DNA from: Octopus sinensis
Taxonomy: Eukaryota
Assembly (NCBI RefSeq): GCF_006345805.1
Contig: NW_021834405.1
Span: 1 to 64,000 of the forward strand
DNA length: 64,000 nucleotides
Direction of reading: 5' to 3'
Shown here: positions 51,998-64,000 of the stretch, one piece after another
Position numbering within the stretch: the first letter of the stretch is position 1
Layout of the letters: the number at the start of each line of letters is the position of its first letter
Notes under the pieces: model-generated
The model's database searches: none
Told to the model about the DNA's origin: nothing
Seen by the model: the letters and a program-made list of their open reading frames with translations, nothing else
Position numbers and translations under genes: made by a program

Positions 51998-53212
51998 CAG
52001 AGGTTCGCTTCCTGAAAGTTGCCCGAGTTTTTGTTGTCAAAGTTCGAAAGGAACTGATGACGGGGATCCAACACAAACAGTTAAATGCAAAATACATGCA
52101 CAAAGTCCTAATGCAACCAGAACATATAACTTTGTACCAAAAGTACAAGAAATAATGGATAAAAACACCGAGTAAGTCAATCAGAGCCATTGCAAAATGT
52201 CACAAGGTTTCAAAATGCACCGTTACAAAAGGTGTGCGTGTGGACATCCGGTACAAGTCGTATGTGCAAAACTCTTGCTAAACAAGTCAAAACACAAAGA
52301 GGCTGGAATACTTCGGTTTTTCTCTGATATGAGAAACTTCGATCAAGCCCAAATGCTAAACCGAAGGAACGACAGATTATTATGTAGAGACCCCTATGAA
52401 GTTCCAACGGTCACGCATAGTACGTTCCCAGCAACTGTGATGGGTCTGGGAGCCATCAACAACGAGGAAGATGTAATACCTTCACACTTTGTTTTACAGG
52501 GCTTAAGAGTCAAAGTCGCTGTCTACACAGAAATGTTGGAGAAGTTGTGCCTCCAACAAAGTACACCACGGAATACCGCACGTCTTCCAACAAGGCTCTG
52601 TGCCGTCTGATAAGTCTAAGACAACAGGAGCGTGGATGCGTGTCAGTCTCCATGGTCATGTTCTCCCAGATACATGGCCTCCTAGCTCATCAGGCCTATT
52701 ACATATGGGATATAGAAAAGAAAGAGGTCAATTGACATTCTCATAACACCACAAGGTGCTAAACACAGAGGGGACAAACAAAGACAGACAAAGAGATTAA
52801 GTCGATTACATTGAACCCCAGTGCGTAACTGGTACTTGATTTATGAACCCCGAAAGGATGAAAGGCAAAGTCGACCTCGGCGGAGTTTGAACTCACAACG
52901 TAACGGCAGACGAAATACGGCTACGCATTTCGCCCAGCTCGCCTGGTGTTATTCTCATAACACCATACAATCCCTCAAATCCGCCATAACAAACATTACG
53001 TCCAAAACTGGTAAAGATCATCTGATTCGGACATGTAAACACTTCCATCCCGTATTGAAGCAGCCATTGATGATAACGATAGATTCATTGAATAGGTATG
53101 ATAAAAGGAATGTCATCTGTACCAATTTGTTTTCAAATACAGCTTTTCTTTGAAGAGTTGTGGGTCTTTTTCTAAATCCATACAAGTGACCTCAAAAGCA
53201 TGACGCACTCTG
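51998..53212 (+). mobile_element. DD37D/maT-like transposon relic interrupted by a SINE
   Basis: RFFSDMRNFDQAQMLNRRNDR..FPATVMGLGAINNEEDVIPSHF, later WPPSS; termini TA-cagag..ctctg-TA. Confidence 0.75.
52752..52950 (-). mobile_element. Nin-SINE inserted in the maT relic
   Basis: 15-bp TSD attctcataacacca at 52737-52751 and 52951-52965. Confidence 0.88.
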
Positions 53213-53697
53213 TATATCTACTTCTATCCAATGGGAATTCGCCAAGCATTTAGTGCTTGACTGATCCTTCGTTTATCAATCCTGAAAATACCCCAGTAGA
53301 GTCTTCTGCATACTAAATACAAACACGGCAGGGTATCATATATGTAATATATGAAGCCTAAACTGGTTCTTTGCTTTCTGAGTTCAAATCCCACTAATGT
53401 AAACTTTACTGGCATCCCCCCACAGGTCCCTAAATACATTAGATTACATGGTAATAGAAACTCACAAAAAAGACAGGATGATCACATGACGAAACTTCTT
53501 CAGCAGACAAAAGATTTAACTACAGGATGTTTCGAATCTGAACACAATCAAGGGGAGATGACTCCAGCAAGATGAGTTAATAGCAATATTGGAGGAAAAT
53601 AGAGACAATGTAGGTTGTGGGATAATAGGGACAATGTACTGTAGGTTTGGGGATAACCCAGATAATGTAGATTTTGGAATAATATAGATAATGTAGG

Positions 53698-54132
53698 GGA
53701 TCTTTTCGGTTTGAACGGCAGTTTTTTCTAGCAGTGTCATATGAAATTGTCACCCAAAATTATGACCCTAGTATCGATCTATTGCATTTCAATCTGTTTT
53801 AGGGTTAGGGTTAGAGTTAGGGTTAGTTAGGGTTGGGGGTGGGGGAAGGGTATCTTTTTTCTTCACAAATGTAAATAAACCCAATCTGTTTCTTAAATGA
53901 GGGACATTTTCATACGGCACAGAATGTTTTCACCCCAACAGAAGTCATTGATTGGTTGAAATTGCAGAAACTGAAGAAAAAACAACAAATATCTTACAAA
54001 CTATAGAATTTTCTCAATAAAGCCATGAGAAAAAGATGTTTTATAAACACATTCTACCAGAATACGAAGTTTAAAAGTGTTTAGTTACGTGAAAATTATT
54101 TTAAAAAACTGCCGTTCAAACCGAAAAGATCC
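53698..54132. mobile_element. MITE with 30-bp perfect TIRs, 8-bp TSD and internal TTAGGG repeats
   Basis: ggatcttttcggtttgaacggcagtttttt / aaaaaactgccgttcaaaccgaaaagatcc; TSD aatgtagg/aatgttgg. Confidence 0.88.
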
Positions 54133-55170
54133 AATGTTGGTTTTGGGGTAATACATTGTAAGTTTTGGAATCAAAATAGTTAAAGCAATTGACGTACTAA
54201 TAAAACGAAGTTGTCCCGGATGGAACGCTTTTTATGATACTTCTCCACCATCACGACTGATCAGGATACTTATATCATAAAGACGACACCAGCAATAAAT
54301 ACGGTAACAACAACAATGACGTCGACGACGATAACAAGAATATCAATGACATAACAACAACCACAATAATAAAGAAGACAATAACAACAACAACAACAGT
54401 AACAAGACAACTACACGAATGATAACAACAACAACGAAGACAAGAGGTAGCATAACAACGTCGCCAACGACAAGGGAAACGTCCACCTCGATGACATCGA
54501 TGTCGGTGAGAATAATATAAACATCAACATAAGAAGGACAGCGACGACAATACAACGATGACAAAAAACAATAACAAAACCGATAACGTCAACAATATAA
54601 GTTTTAGTATTTTTCCCTGTCCCGTCCCTCGCTAGCCTCTCAGAGTCCCTTGAAAAAAAAAAAGATTCATGGGTGCTGCCCTTCCCGTCTGACTAAGCGA
54701 TAACAATAAGTCAATGCAGACGTTAAATAAACACAAAGAAACAAAAAAGTGGCGTGGGGACGCGTTTCACTTACTGTAACAGTCCAACCCCTTCTTCATA
54801 ATTTTTTGTTCAGCTGTTACTTTCTTTTAATTTTTCGTGTTGATTTCAGACTCGAACCCTTTTTTATTTTATAATTTCTTCAATGACCTGACCCCTTTCT
54901 TGTTAACACCCTAATCGCCATCCCTATTGTGTCTTCATTTATTAATTTGTCATTCCCGTGTCGTTAATAAAATTCAACAATAGATGTAAAATTGTTAGAT
55001 TTTGAAATGAAAACGATTCAAAGTGGGAGCGTCAACATATTTGCTCAACCTGCCAGTAATAGTAACCAAAGATCTTCCTCATATTACATCGTACTTTGTA
55101 AAAAAAATTCAAAAGTAAATGTACTGCATGGTGCGGTAGTGCACAAGCTTTCCTTTTCCTCCCATAATCC

Positions 55171-55210
<40 letters not shown>

Positions 55211-55224
55211 TATATATATATATA

Positions 55225-55275
<51 letters not shown>

Positions 55276-55337
55276 ATATATATATATATATAATATATAT
55301 ATTATATATATATGTTATATATATATATATGTATATA

Positions 55338-55379
<42 letters not shown>

Positions 55380-55507
55380 GTGTATATATATATATATGTA
55401 TATATATGTATATACATATGTATATATATATATATATATACACACATATATATATATACATATATATATACATACATACACACACACACACACATATGTA
55501 TATATGT

Positions 55508-55813
55508 GGAGGCGCAATGGCCCAGTGGTTAGGACAGCGGACTCGTGGTCTTAGGATCGCGGTTTCGATTCCTAGCCAAGGCGTTGTGAGTGTTTATTGA
55601 GCGAAAACACCTAAAGCTCCACGAGGCTCCGGCAGGGGGTGGTTGCGATCCCTGCTGTACTCCTTCGCCGCAACTTCCTCTCACTCTTTCTTCTGTTGGC
55701 CTGCTCGCTTAGCCAGCAGGGTGGCGTTATTTGAAGGCTAAAACAATGCGAAGCGCATTGTGACCAGCGATGTGTAGCAACATCTGTTAGCCTGGTCGGT
55801 CACGCTGATCACA

Positions 55814-55820
<7 letters not shown>
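55508..55820 (+). mobile_element. SINE family C, tail type ii, full length
   Basis: tRNA head with A/B boxes; tail tgtgaccagcgatgtg..cctggtcggtcacgctgatcacagtgat; in TA repeat. Confidence 0.85.
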
Positions 55821-55853
<33 letters not shown>

Positions 55854-56094
55854 TGAAACATTCCTGTCACAACCTGGGACCTTGAAGACTGCTTTAATAC
55901 AAGAAAGTATACTAGTCCCTTAATATTTGATATTCAATATTTCATCTATTCAATAAGACAATGAATACTACATTTCATTTTACTATATATATATTATTTA
56001 TACTATATATTCTATATTCTACATTAGTATCATAAATAATATAAATAAAACATAAAAAACAGTGTTGGAATTCCTTATATATATATAATATATA

Positions 56095-56300
56095 TGTGAC
56101 CTCGTGAGTACCGCTGGCAATTTTTTTCCTCTGTCTTCCCTTCTCGGGATCTTTCCTTCTCCTATGTTTCCGACGAAGAGCTCCGCTCGAAACGTTAAAC
56201 TCTCCTTCTTCCCTTCTTTCCTGAGCGTCCAATAATTCTATATTTGTTCCACGTCCTCGCGTTGTTGTATTTTTTTTTGTGTTTTCTTGTTTGGATTAAC
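56095..56300 (+). mobile_element. Penelope-like terminal repeat P2 with minimal hammerhead (56166-56200, core CCGACGA)
   Basis: GUUU-CCGACGA-A-GAGC-ucc-GCUC-GAA-ACGU-U-AAAC; homologous to 29091-29300. Confidence 0.65.
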
Positions 56301-56312
56301 TATATATATATA

Positions 56313-56527
56313 TAGGATGCACCAAAGGTCACGCACCTAAACATTTGACATTTTATTTATATTACGTTATTAGTATTATTGTTATCAATTTTGTTCTTCA
56401 CGAACAAGTGCGTGTTTATTCTTCATTATTTTATTTATTTTATTCAATTTTAGAAAACTTCAAGCATGTCCTTGACAATTCTGGCGCGTGTTGAACTTAT
56501 TTTGTGCGTGATTTATGGCCCACGCTG
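56313..56527. mobile_element. Tc1/mariner-type MITE relic
   Basis: Degenerate TIRs taggatgcaccaaaggtcacgcac / gtgcgtgatttatggcccacgctg with TA flanks. Confidence 0.5.
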
Positions 56528-56540
56528 TATACATACATAC

Positions 56541-56577
<37 letters not shown>

Positions 56578-57145
56578 AAAGAAAAAGAGAGAGATTAGAA
56601 AAAGGAGAGAGAGTGATGGACAGGGTGAGAGAAGGATAGAGAGAGGTACATAAATATATTTGTATAATTTGTATGCCTATCGATGTACACGCACACACTC
56701 ACACACACACATACATCTATATCTATATACGTGGATCAATAACACCAACTCTGGCTTAAACAAATGTGCATACTCATAAGAGTATTCATACACATACACA
56801 CTCGTACACGCATTCATATACATACACACTCGTCCACACACGTATACGCACACACATGTATACGTGGACACACACATACATATTTCGGGAGGTGTCTATG
56901 TTTAAGTGCTTGTGTATATCAACGGATGCCCTTGGTACTATAAATGACTTTCCATGTGTAAGTACTCGTATATGTGTCGAATAGTGTATATATATTTCGT
57001 TGACAGTGTCCCCCATCAGTATCATTTTGTGTATACGCGTGTGTGTATGTATGTGTATATTATACATGAATGCATGTGTGTGAGTGTTACTGTTTAAACA
57101 CAGAACTAAGCAATCATCGAAAGCTATCAATCACCAGAGACTCAC

Positions 57146-57455
57146 ATCAGTTCGCTCTCGGACGTGATTTGATGGACAAACTCTCTGCAGGTATTGATGT
57201 TAATGGTGGTGGTGATGGTAAAGCTGTTGTTGTTTTTGTCGTAGTTATTGTTGTTGTTGTCGTTGTTGTTGTTGTTCTTGGTAGTGGTGATGGAAGTCTT
57301 TCGATCGACAGGGGCAATGGACGTGCAATAGGTGCAGGAGCGAGAGCTATTCTGACTAGCCGAAAAGCCAGCGTACCGTGACGGACCAAATTAACATCTC
57401 ATTCAACGCTAACACCGACCAAAAGCTGATTGAGGAAATCACCAATCCGTGGAAC
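57146..57455 (-). other. Candidate spliced, probably non-coding exon
   Basis: Minus strand acceptor ttctttcag|G and donor GAT|gtgagt bracket 310 bp of non-TE sequence; all three frames contain stops. Confidence 0.35.
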
Positions 57456-57715
57456 CTGAAAGAATTTCATTCATTGTCTTGCCTTCCTTTTCTTCCTACC
57501 TACCTCTCTCTCTCTCACTTTATCTCTCCCTTTCTCTCTTTATCTCTCTCTCTCTTTCTCTCACTCCCTCTCCACACACTCACACTATTTATTTCTCAAT
57601 GTTTCTTTCCGTACATACTAATCCACACACCCTATCGCCCATTTCGCTCGTTTTCTCTCTCCCCAACACACACACACAGACACACAGACACACACAGACA
57701 CACACACACACACAC

Positions 57716-57748
<33 letters not shown>

Positions 57749-58317
57749 GCACACACAAGCACACACACACACAAACACACACATACAGACGAATAAACCT
57801 ACACAGGATCTGTCTCTACAGGCACCATACCACACTCATTTGCGCCCTATACACACACATACACACACTCACTCTCTCTCTTCCTCTCTCTACCTCTCTC
57901 GCTCTCTTCCTCTCTGTACCTCTCTCTTTATCACTGTACCTCTCTCTGTCTCTCTCCCTCCTCAATCCAGCCTCTTTACTCACTCACTCTCTTGCTGTCT
58001 TTCAGTATTTTTGTTTTTACACGAACTTCATTCATTCAATAAGTTCGTATAAATTCCTTTCCCTCCTCCTCCCCACCCCCGTCACTCCACCCTCCTCTCA
58101 CCATCACTCTTTTCCTGTCTCCATTCGCAGTATGAGATACTGCATGTTTGTCCGTCCATCTATCCGTCAGTCAGTCAGCCTGTCCGTCTGTCAGTTTGTC
58201 ACTCTATCAGTCTGTCTGGATGCCTGTTTATTTCTTTACCGGTCTGTCTGTTTGTCTATCTATCTGTTTGACAACGCATATTTTTTTCTGTCTTCATAAT
58301 CATATATCTATATACGA

Positions 58318-59056
58318 GGAGGCACAATGGCCCAGTGGTTAGGGCAGCGGACTCGCGGTCGTAGGATCGCGGTTTCGATTCCCAGACCGGGCGTTGTGAG
58401 TGTTTATTGAGCGAAAACACCTAAAATTCCACGAGGCTCCGGCAGGGATGGTGGTGATCCCTGCTGTACTCTTAGCGCGCCGGGCGAAATGCTTAGCAGT
58501 ATTTCGTCTGCCGTTACGTTCTGAGTTCAAATTCCGCCGAGGTCGACTTTGCCTTTCATCTTTTCGGGGTCGATTAAATAAGTACCAGTTACGCACTGGG
58601 GTCGATGTAATCGACTTAATCCGTTTGTCTGTCCTTGTTTGTCCCCTCTGTGTTTAGCCCCTTGTGGGTAGTAAAGAAATAGGTATTTCGTCTGTCGCTA
58701 CGTTCTGAGTTCAAATTCCGCCGAGGTCGACTTTGCCTTTCATCCTTCAGGGTAGATTAAATAAGTACCAGTTACGCACTGGGGGTCGATGTAATCGACT
58801 TAATCCGTTTGTCTGTCCTTGTTTGTCCCCTCTGTGTTTAGCCCCTTGTGGGTAGTAAAGAAATAGGTATTTCGTCTGTCGCTACGTTCTGAGTTCAAAT
58901 TCCGCCGAGGTCGACTTTGCCTTTCATCCTTACAGGGTAGATTAAATAAGTACCAGTTACGCACTGGGGGTCGATGTAATCGACTTAATCCGTTTGTCTG
59001 TCCTTGTTTGTCCCCTCTGTGTTTAGCCCCTTGTGGGTAGTAAAGAATGTAGGTAT
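58318..59056 (+). mobile_element. SINE C head fused to a three-unit tandem array of Nin-SINE
   Basis: 58318-58471 SINE C head; units of about 185 bp restart at ggtatttcgtctg near 58682 and 58866. Confidence 0.88.
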
Positions 59057-59269
59057 CTTAGGTTAGTGTCTTCAGCTATGGACTGTATCTGGAATTCAAA
59101 GGCTTACGTTTCTAATAGTCTCTGTGTCACGCTGATCTTGCCTCAGAATTGATGACATTGTGGATACAAATGTTTGTGGATTGTTCAGCAACATATTCTA
59201 TAATTAAATAAGTAGCTTCTATTGTATAGATTGTCTCTGTGTGTATGTGTGTGTGTGTGTATATATGTT

Positions 59270-59380
59270 CTTTTGTTCTTTTACTTGTTTCAATCATTTG
59301 ACTGCGGCCATGCTGGAGCACCGCCTTTAGTCGAGCAAATCGACCCCCCCCAGGACTTATTCTTTGTAAGCCTAGTACTT
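59270..59380 (-). mobile_element. SINE family B tail fragment
   Basis: Reverse complement of about 48295-48404. Confidence 0.8.
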
Positions 59381-59399
59381 TAAATGACAATGATGATCT

Positions 59400-61620
59400 A
59401 AACGAATGAGACACAAAAACAATTACACACAATAATTTAACAAAATGAGGTTTTAATAACAGGTAAGCTCCGACCCCACAAGCCCTGGCTTCTCCACCGA
59501 CACCTTGGTAATCCCTATGACGTACCCACGCAGGGCCTTTCACTTCCAACATACATGCTACAGGCATCCACCTTTTTTGGTACATACTCACTGACAGACA
59601 CCTCCTTTCCAGCCTCACCTTCCTTTTCAGGTGAAAGGTGAAGACATTCACCAGAGCGAGGCCGGAGACGAAGCTGTCTGTCACAAAACCTTTCATTCTC
59701 GACTTCCATATCACCTCTCTCGCAATTGCTGCTACAACAAGAAAGCAATTCTTACCTTCTTCCGTAAGGAAATCCGGTGAGTTAACTTTTAGAATTGACT
59801 CAGACGATAGGTGTACTCTTCTTCCACCCGTCAACAGGTGTTCTGCATAAGTCCACACTTCTGACACACCTGGACACTGAACAATAGCGTGCAGGACGGT
59901 TTCCACGTCCCGCCCGCATCTTGGGGAGGCCGACGGCTCAAGATGGCCGTGTCTGGTGAGCTTATCCCGAACGGGTAGGGCTCCTCGGTAACATTGCCAG
60001 GCCAAAGACTTTTGGAAGTTATCCAGTGTCTTCGGCCCAAAAGTTCTTCGAAACAGGCTGTTTAACTGATTATCATCGAGACTCAGTGTCTTCCCCAGGA
60101 CATCATCATTTCTAGCCTCTACCAACCTACTATAGAAAGCCGCGGTGGTACCGAAACCGCTGGCGTTGCTCGAGTTGCGGAACTGGAGAAGAGCCTTGCG
60201 GCACTCCGCGTGCCACGTACCAAACCTCGATCTTCGACGAAACCAATTTTCTTTACCACCAAAACTAGTAAAGCTGTGGAACATCCGTCTAGCGAGCGGA
60301 GACCACACCCGTTAACCATCCAGGTGGAGCCAGAGGTGCCTGAACCTCAGCGCATGTTTGCGCATCAACAGCTAAGGCATCCCTAACCCACCCTTTAAGG
60401 GCTTTTGACAGCAAATAGAATGTCTTACAAGTGGAGCGGAGGTCTTCCATAAAAAGCGGAAGATTATCCTCTTCAACTTGCTCAACCACGAATCTGGACA
60501 AGGAACGACGGTTAGGCGGTAAACGATGACTGATGCGATAAACACATTGGCCATCTCCGCCCTTCCTTTGAAGGATATCCACCGCCAAGACCAGGTCTTG
60601 ACTATGTGGGTCACCTTGCCCGATACCTCGGACTAGTTCTTTTCTATCTTGAGATCTGGGCCAAACCGGATTCCTAGTAACTTAACCGAGCCCTCCGTCC
60701 AGCGTCCCACGACACTATTCGAAGGCATCGACTTGCCCCTCCAGGTGCCGAGTTGAAAGCCGACCGATTTTTCCCGGTTAATTTTTGCTTCTGCCACCGT
60801 CTCGTAAATCTTGATGGTTTCGCCTACTTTCTGTATGTGTTTGATCTTGGTCACTATGATAGTGATGCCGTCCGTGTACGCTGTAACCGATCCTCCACCT
60901 CCTGGATTCGTCGGAATGTCACTCAGCTTTCGCAGCAATGGCTCGACGGCCATTACGTACAAAAGCGGAGAGAGTGGACGCCCTTGGTAAACCGACCGCT
61001 TGATGCAGAACAGCTTGGAGAAAAAGCCGTTCACCCGAACGATCGAGTCGATGTTGTTGTACAACTATATGATCCACCTGAGGAAACCAAGACGTAGTCC
61101 GAACTAGGCGAGCACAGAAACCAGGTAACGATGGTCTAACCAATCGAATGCTTTAGCTTGGTCTAGATGGACCAGTGACTCGCCCTTGCCAGAATCATCA
61201 CCATATCCTTCTAAATTGTAGCGTATAAGATGAAGATTATCCTGGATGGTTCTGCCAGGGACCGCACAGGTTGTGTCTCCCCGATCCGGCCATCCGCGAC
61301 AGGCGTCAATCTTTTTGCTAGCACCTTGGCCAAAATCTTCATCTCTGCGTTCATCAGAGAGATGGGCCTAAAATTATCTATACTACCCCCCTTGTCCGAG
61401 TTCTTCCTGACCAACGTTACCGCTCTCCGGCGCACAGATCTGGGAATCCACCCATTCTATGGCCAGTTCGCGTAAACGCTAGCCAGTACGTGCCCGAACA
61501 AATCTGGCATACTTTTATACAGCTCGTATGGTACATCATCGAGTCCCGCCGCCTTACCACCGTCGCAGTCCGCTATAGCCTCAATCACTTCCTCAGGTGT
61601 GCCCCATCCCACTTTCTCGC
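59400..61620 (-). mobile_element. L1/Tx1-clade LINE ORF2 relic (RT plus zf-RVT)
   Basis: KAAGLDDVPYELYK, NFRPISLMNAEMKILAKVLA, LDQAKAFD, SVYQGRPLSPLLY, AYTDGIT (decayed YADD), KINREKS, WQCYRGALPVRDKL..PRCG..ETVLHAIVQC; multiple frameshifts. Confidence 0.92.
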
Positions 61621-62007
61621 TACTGTGACAGATGATGGAAGAGGCAGCGAACGCACTATTTTCTGATTGGCTGAAAATTCTGACAATTATCAAACTTTGA
61701 AAACTTGTAACATTCTCGCAAAATTTTCTGAAATAAATGAATAACAAATTCGGATTCAGTGTCTAAAATCATATCTGTGTTATACATTAAAATTCTTTTT
61801 TAAAGATTTCGACATGCAGTGACGATAACCACAAAAATCCCAAGTCGATTACATCTACCCTCAGTGCTCAACTGGTACTTATTTTATCGGCCCTAAAACG
61901 ATGAAAGGCAAAGTCGACCTCAGCGGAATTAGAACTCAGAACGTAAAAACGGACGAAATGTCGATAAGCATTTTGCCCGCTCACTTCTTAAAAATAACTA
62001 ATAAATG

Positions 62008-62555
62008 CCCTCATGCAGTACCAGGCAGTGGCTTTCGTGGCTTCTGATCTTAACTGATTGGAAGTGTTATCATGTACATTGATTTGTCTTGGTATAAAAG
62101 ATGGGCTACAGCAAATATTCTGCTCAAGACCACAGATTTGTTTGTCAGTTGTTTGACCTTAACCAGTTGAGCATGTCCCTAAGTCGCTGACGATATGTGC
62201 ATCTCTGATCACGAGCAGAAATAGTTGGGGAGCATCATAGCCATGTGTTGAAGAGTATTCTTTGGGGTTTGGATTATTCACCTCTGGAAACATAGGTGTT
62301 TCGTTCAGCAACCTTAAAAAACCCTTATCCCCTTTTGAGTTGGATGGGCTACTCGACCAGAAGAAAACTCTTACTGGGCCCCACCTGCAAGGTCATGCGT
62401 TGTTTATCTTGATATGAGATCGCCATGTTGCGCATATATGGTTGTGATGCATGTGCCTAGTGTACCCTTATCAGACGGGTAGTCATGATGGGTCTACTGG
62501 GTTTCGTATATTTTACCCCAGTGTCACTTTGATGGCATGCACTGCTCTCTCACTT
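62008..62555 (+). mobile_element. Family D (AAT)-tailed retroelement, longest copy
   Basis: Matches 27417-27860 (-), 63184-63511 and 63710-64000. Confidence 0.75.
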
Positions 62556-62579
62556 AATGATGATGATAATAATAATAAT

Positions 62580-63025
62580 CCTTTCTATTGAAAGCAAAAG
62601 GCCTGAAATTTCTGTGGAGGGGACTAGTCGATTACATGAACCCTAGTGCGTAACTGGTATTTATTTCATCAACCCCGAAAGATGACAGGTAAAGTGAACC
62701 TCCGCAGAATTTGAACTCAAAACGTAAGGACGGACGAAATGCTGCTAAGCACTTTGCCCGGCTTGCTAACGATTCTGCCAGCTCGCCCCCTTACTACTAC
62801 TACTCATAATCCTTTCAGTTATAGGCACAAGGTCTGAAATTTTAGTGAAGGAGACCAGTCGATTATATCAACTCCAGTATGCAACTGGTACTTAATTTAT
62901 CGACCCCGAAAGGATAAAAGGCAAAGTTCACCTCGGTGAAATTTGAACTCAGAACGTAAAGACGGGCCAAATACCGCGAAACATTTTGCCCGGCGTGCTC
63001 ACGATACTGCCAGTTCACCGTCCTT
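62580..63025 (-). mobile_element. Two adjacent Nin-SINE copies
   Basis: Cores at about 62650-62720 and 62885-62955; a further copy at about 61840-61980. Confidence 0.75.
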
Positions 63026-63036
63026 AATAATAGTAA

Positions 63037-63068
<32 letters not shown>

Positions 63069-63074
63069 ATAATA

Positions 63075-63148
<74 letters not shown>

Positions 63149-63183
63149 TAATAATAATAATGATGATAATGATGATAATAATA

Positions 63184-63511
63184 GATGCAGTACCAGGCAA
63201 TTGCATCTCTGATCACGAGCAGAAATAGGGGAAAGCATCATAGCCATGTGCTGAGAGGAATTCTTGGAGTTCAACATCATTAAACAATCTTTATTCAGGG
63301 ACCTTTTGAGCAGGAGGGGATATTCGACCTGAAGTAATTCTAACTGGCCCCCACCTAAAAGTCATGCGCTGTTTATCTTGATATGAGATCACTAGGTCGC
63401 GCACATAAGGTTGTGATACATGTGCCTGGTGTATCCTTATCTGACGGGTAATCATAATAGGTATATTTGTACCCCAGTGTCACTTTGTTGGCATGCACTG
63501 CTCTCTCACTC

Positions 63512-63572
<61 letters not shown>

Positions 63573-63622
63573 TAATAGTTATAATAATAATAATAATATT
63601 AACAACAACAATAATAATAATG

Positions 63623-63689
<67 letters not shown>

Positions 63690-64000
63690 TGATAATGATG
63701 ATAATAATAGATGCAGTACCAGGCAATTGCATCTCTGATCACGAGCAGAAATAGGGGAAAGCATCATAGCCATGTGCTGAGAGGAATTCTTTGGAGTTCA
63801 ACATCATTAAACAATCTTTATTCAGGGACCTTTTGAGCAGGAGGGGATATTCGACCTGAAGTAAATTCTAACTGGCCCCCACCTAAAAGTCATGCGCTGT
63901 TTATCTTGATATGAGATCACTAGGTCGCGCACATAAGGTTGTGATACATGTGCCTGGTGTATCCTTATCTGACGGGTAATCATAATAGGTATATTTGTAC
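63184..64000 (+). repeat. Tandem duplication of a deleted family D copy plus (AAT)n, unit about 526 bp
   Basis: 63184-63470 nearly identical to 63710-64000, sharing the same internal deletions relative to 62008-62555. Confidence 0.9.

Noticed and set aside
53799-53835. Telomere or chromosome-fusion remnant
   Set aside because: Only about five imperfect units, internal to a TIR-bounded MITE
57310-57332. miR-92-like seed TATTGCAC on the minus strand
   Set aside because: Remainder does not match miR-92 and no complementary arm forms a precursor hairpin
58473-59056. CRISPR-like array
   Set aside because: Units are ~185-bp SINE copies with no unique spacers; eukaryotic context
59127-60308. 393-aa ORF as a host gene
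   Set aside because: C-terminal part of a decayed L1/Tx1 ORF2 reading through into 3' UTR and a SINE tail

Overview
Eukaryotic, AT-rich, microsatellite-saturated intergenic or intronic DNA. Its repeat landscape (Nin-domain and CORE-type tRNA SINEs, dense TA/CA/TATC/TATG/AAT arrays, Penelope-like terminal repeats) points to a cephalopod, probably Octopus; this is inference. No intact host protein-coding gene is recognisable. Nearly all ORFs in the track are microsatellite translations or decayed transposon ORFs: a tandemly duplicated mariner, two DD37D/maT relics, a Tc1 relic, L1/Tx1, R4/Dong-type RLE, RTE and CR1-group LINE fragments. A non-autonomous Helitron, several MITEs and three large foldbacks are also present. 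The most interesting signal is RNA structure in Penelope-like terminal repeats. At 18097-18157 all three hammerhead strands appear in a non-circularly permuted order, with stems I and III in exact register. Five minimal dimer-type hammerheads with core variants fall into two families. Also notable: two SINE families share 3' tails with LINE fragments in the same window, SINEs repeatedly re-insert into or beside themselves, and some LINEs are associated with specific microsatellites. Boundaries of degenerate repeats are approximate.
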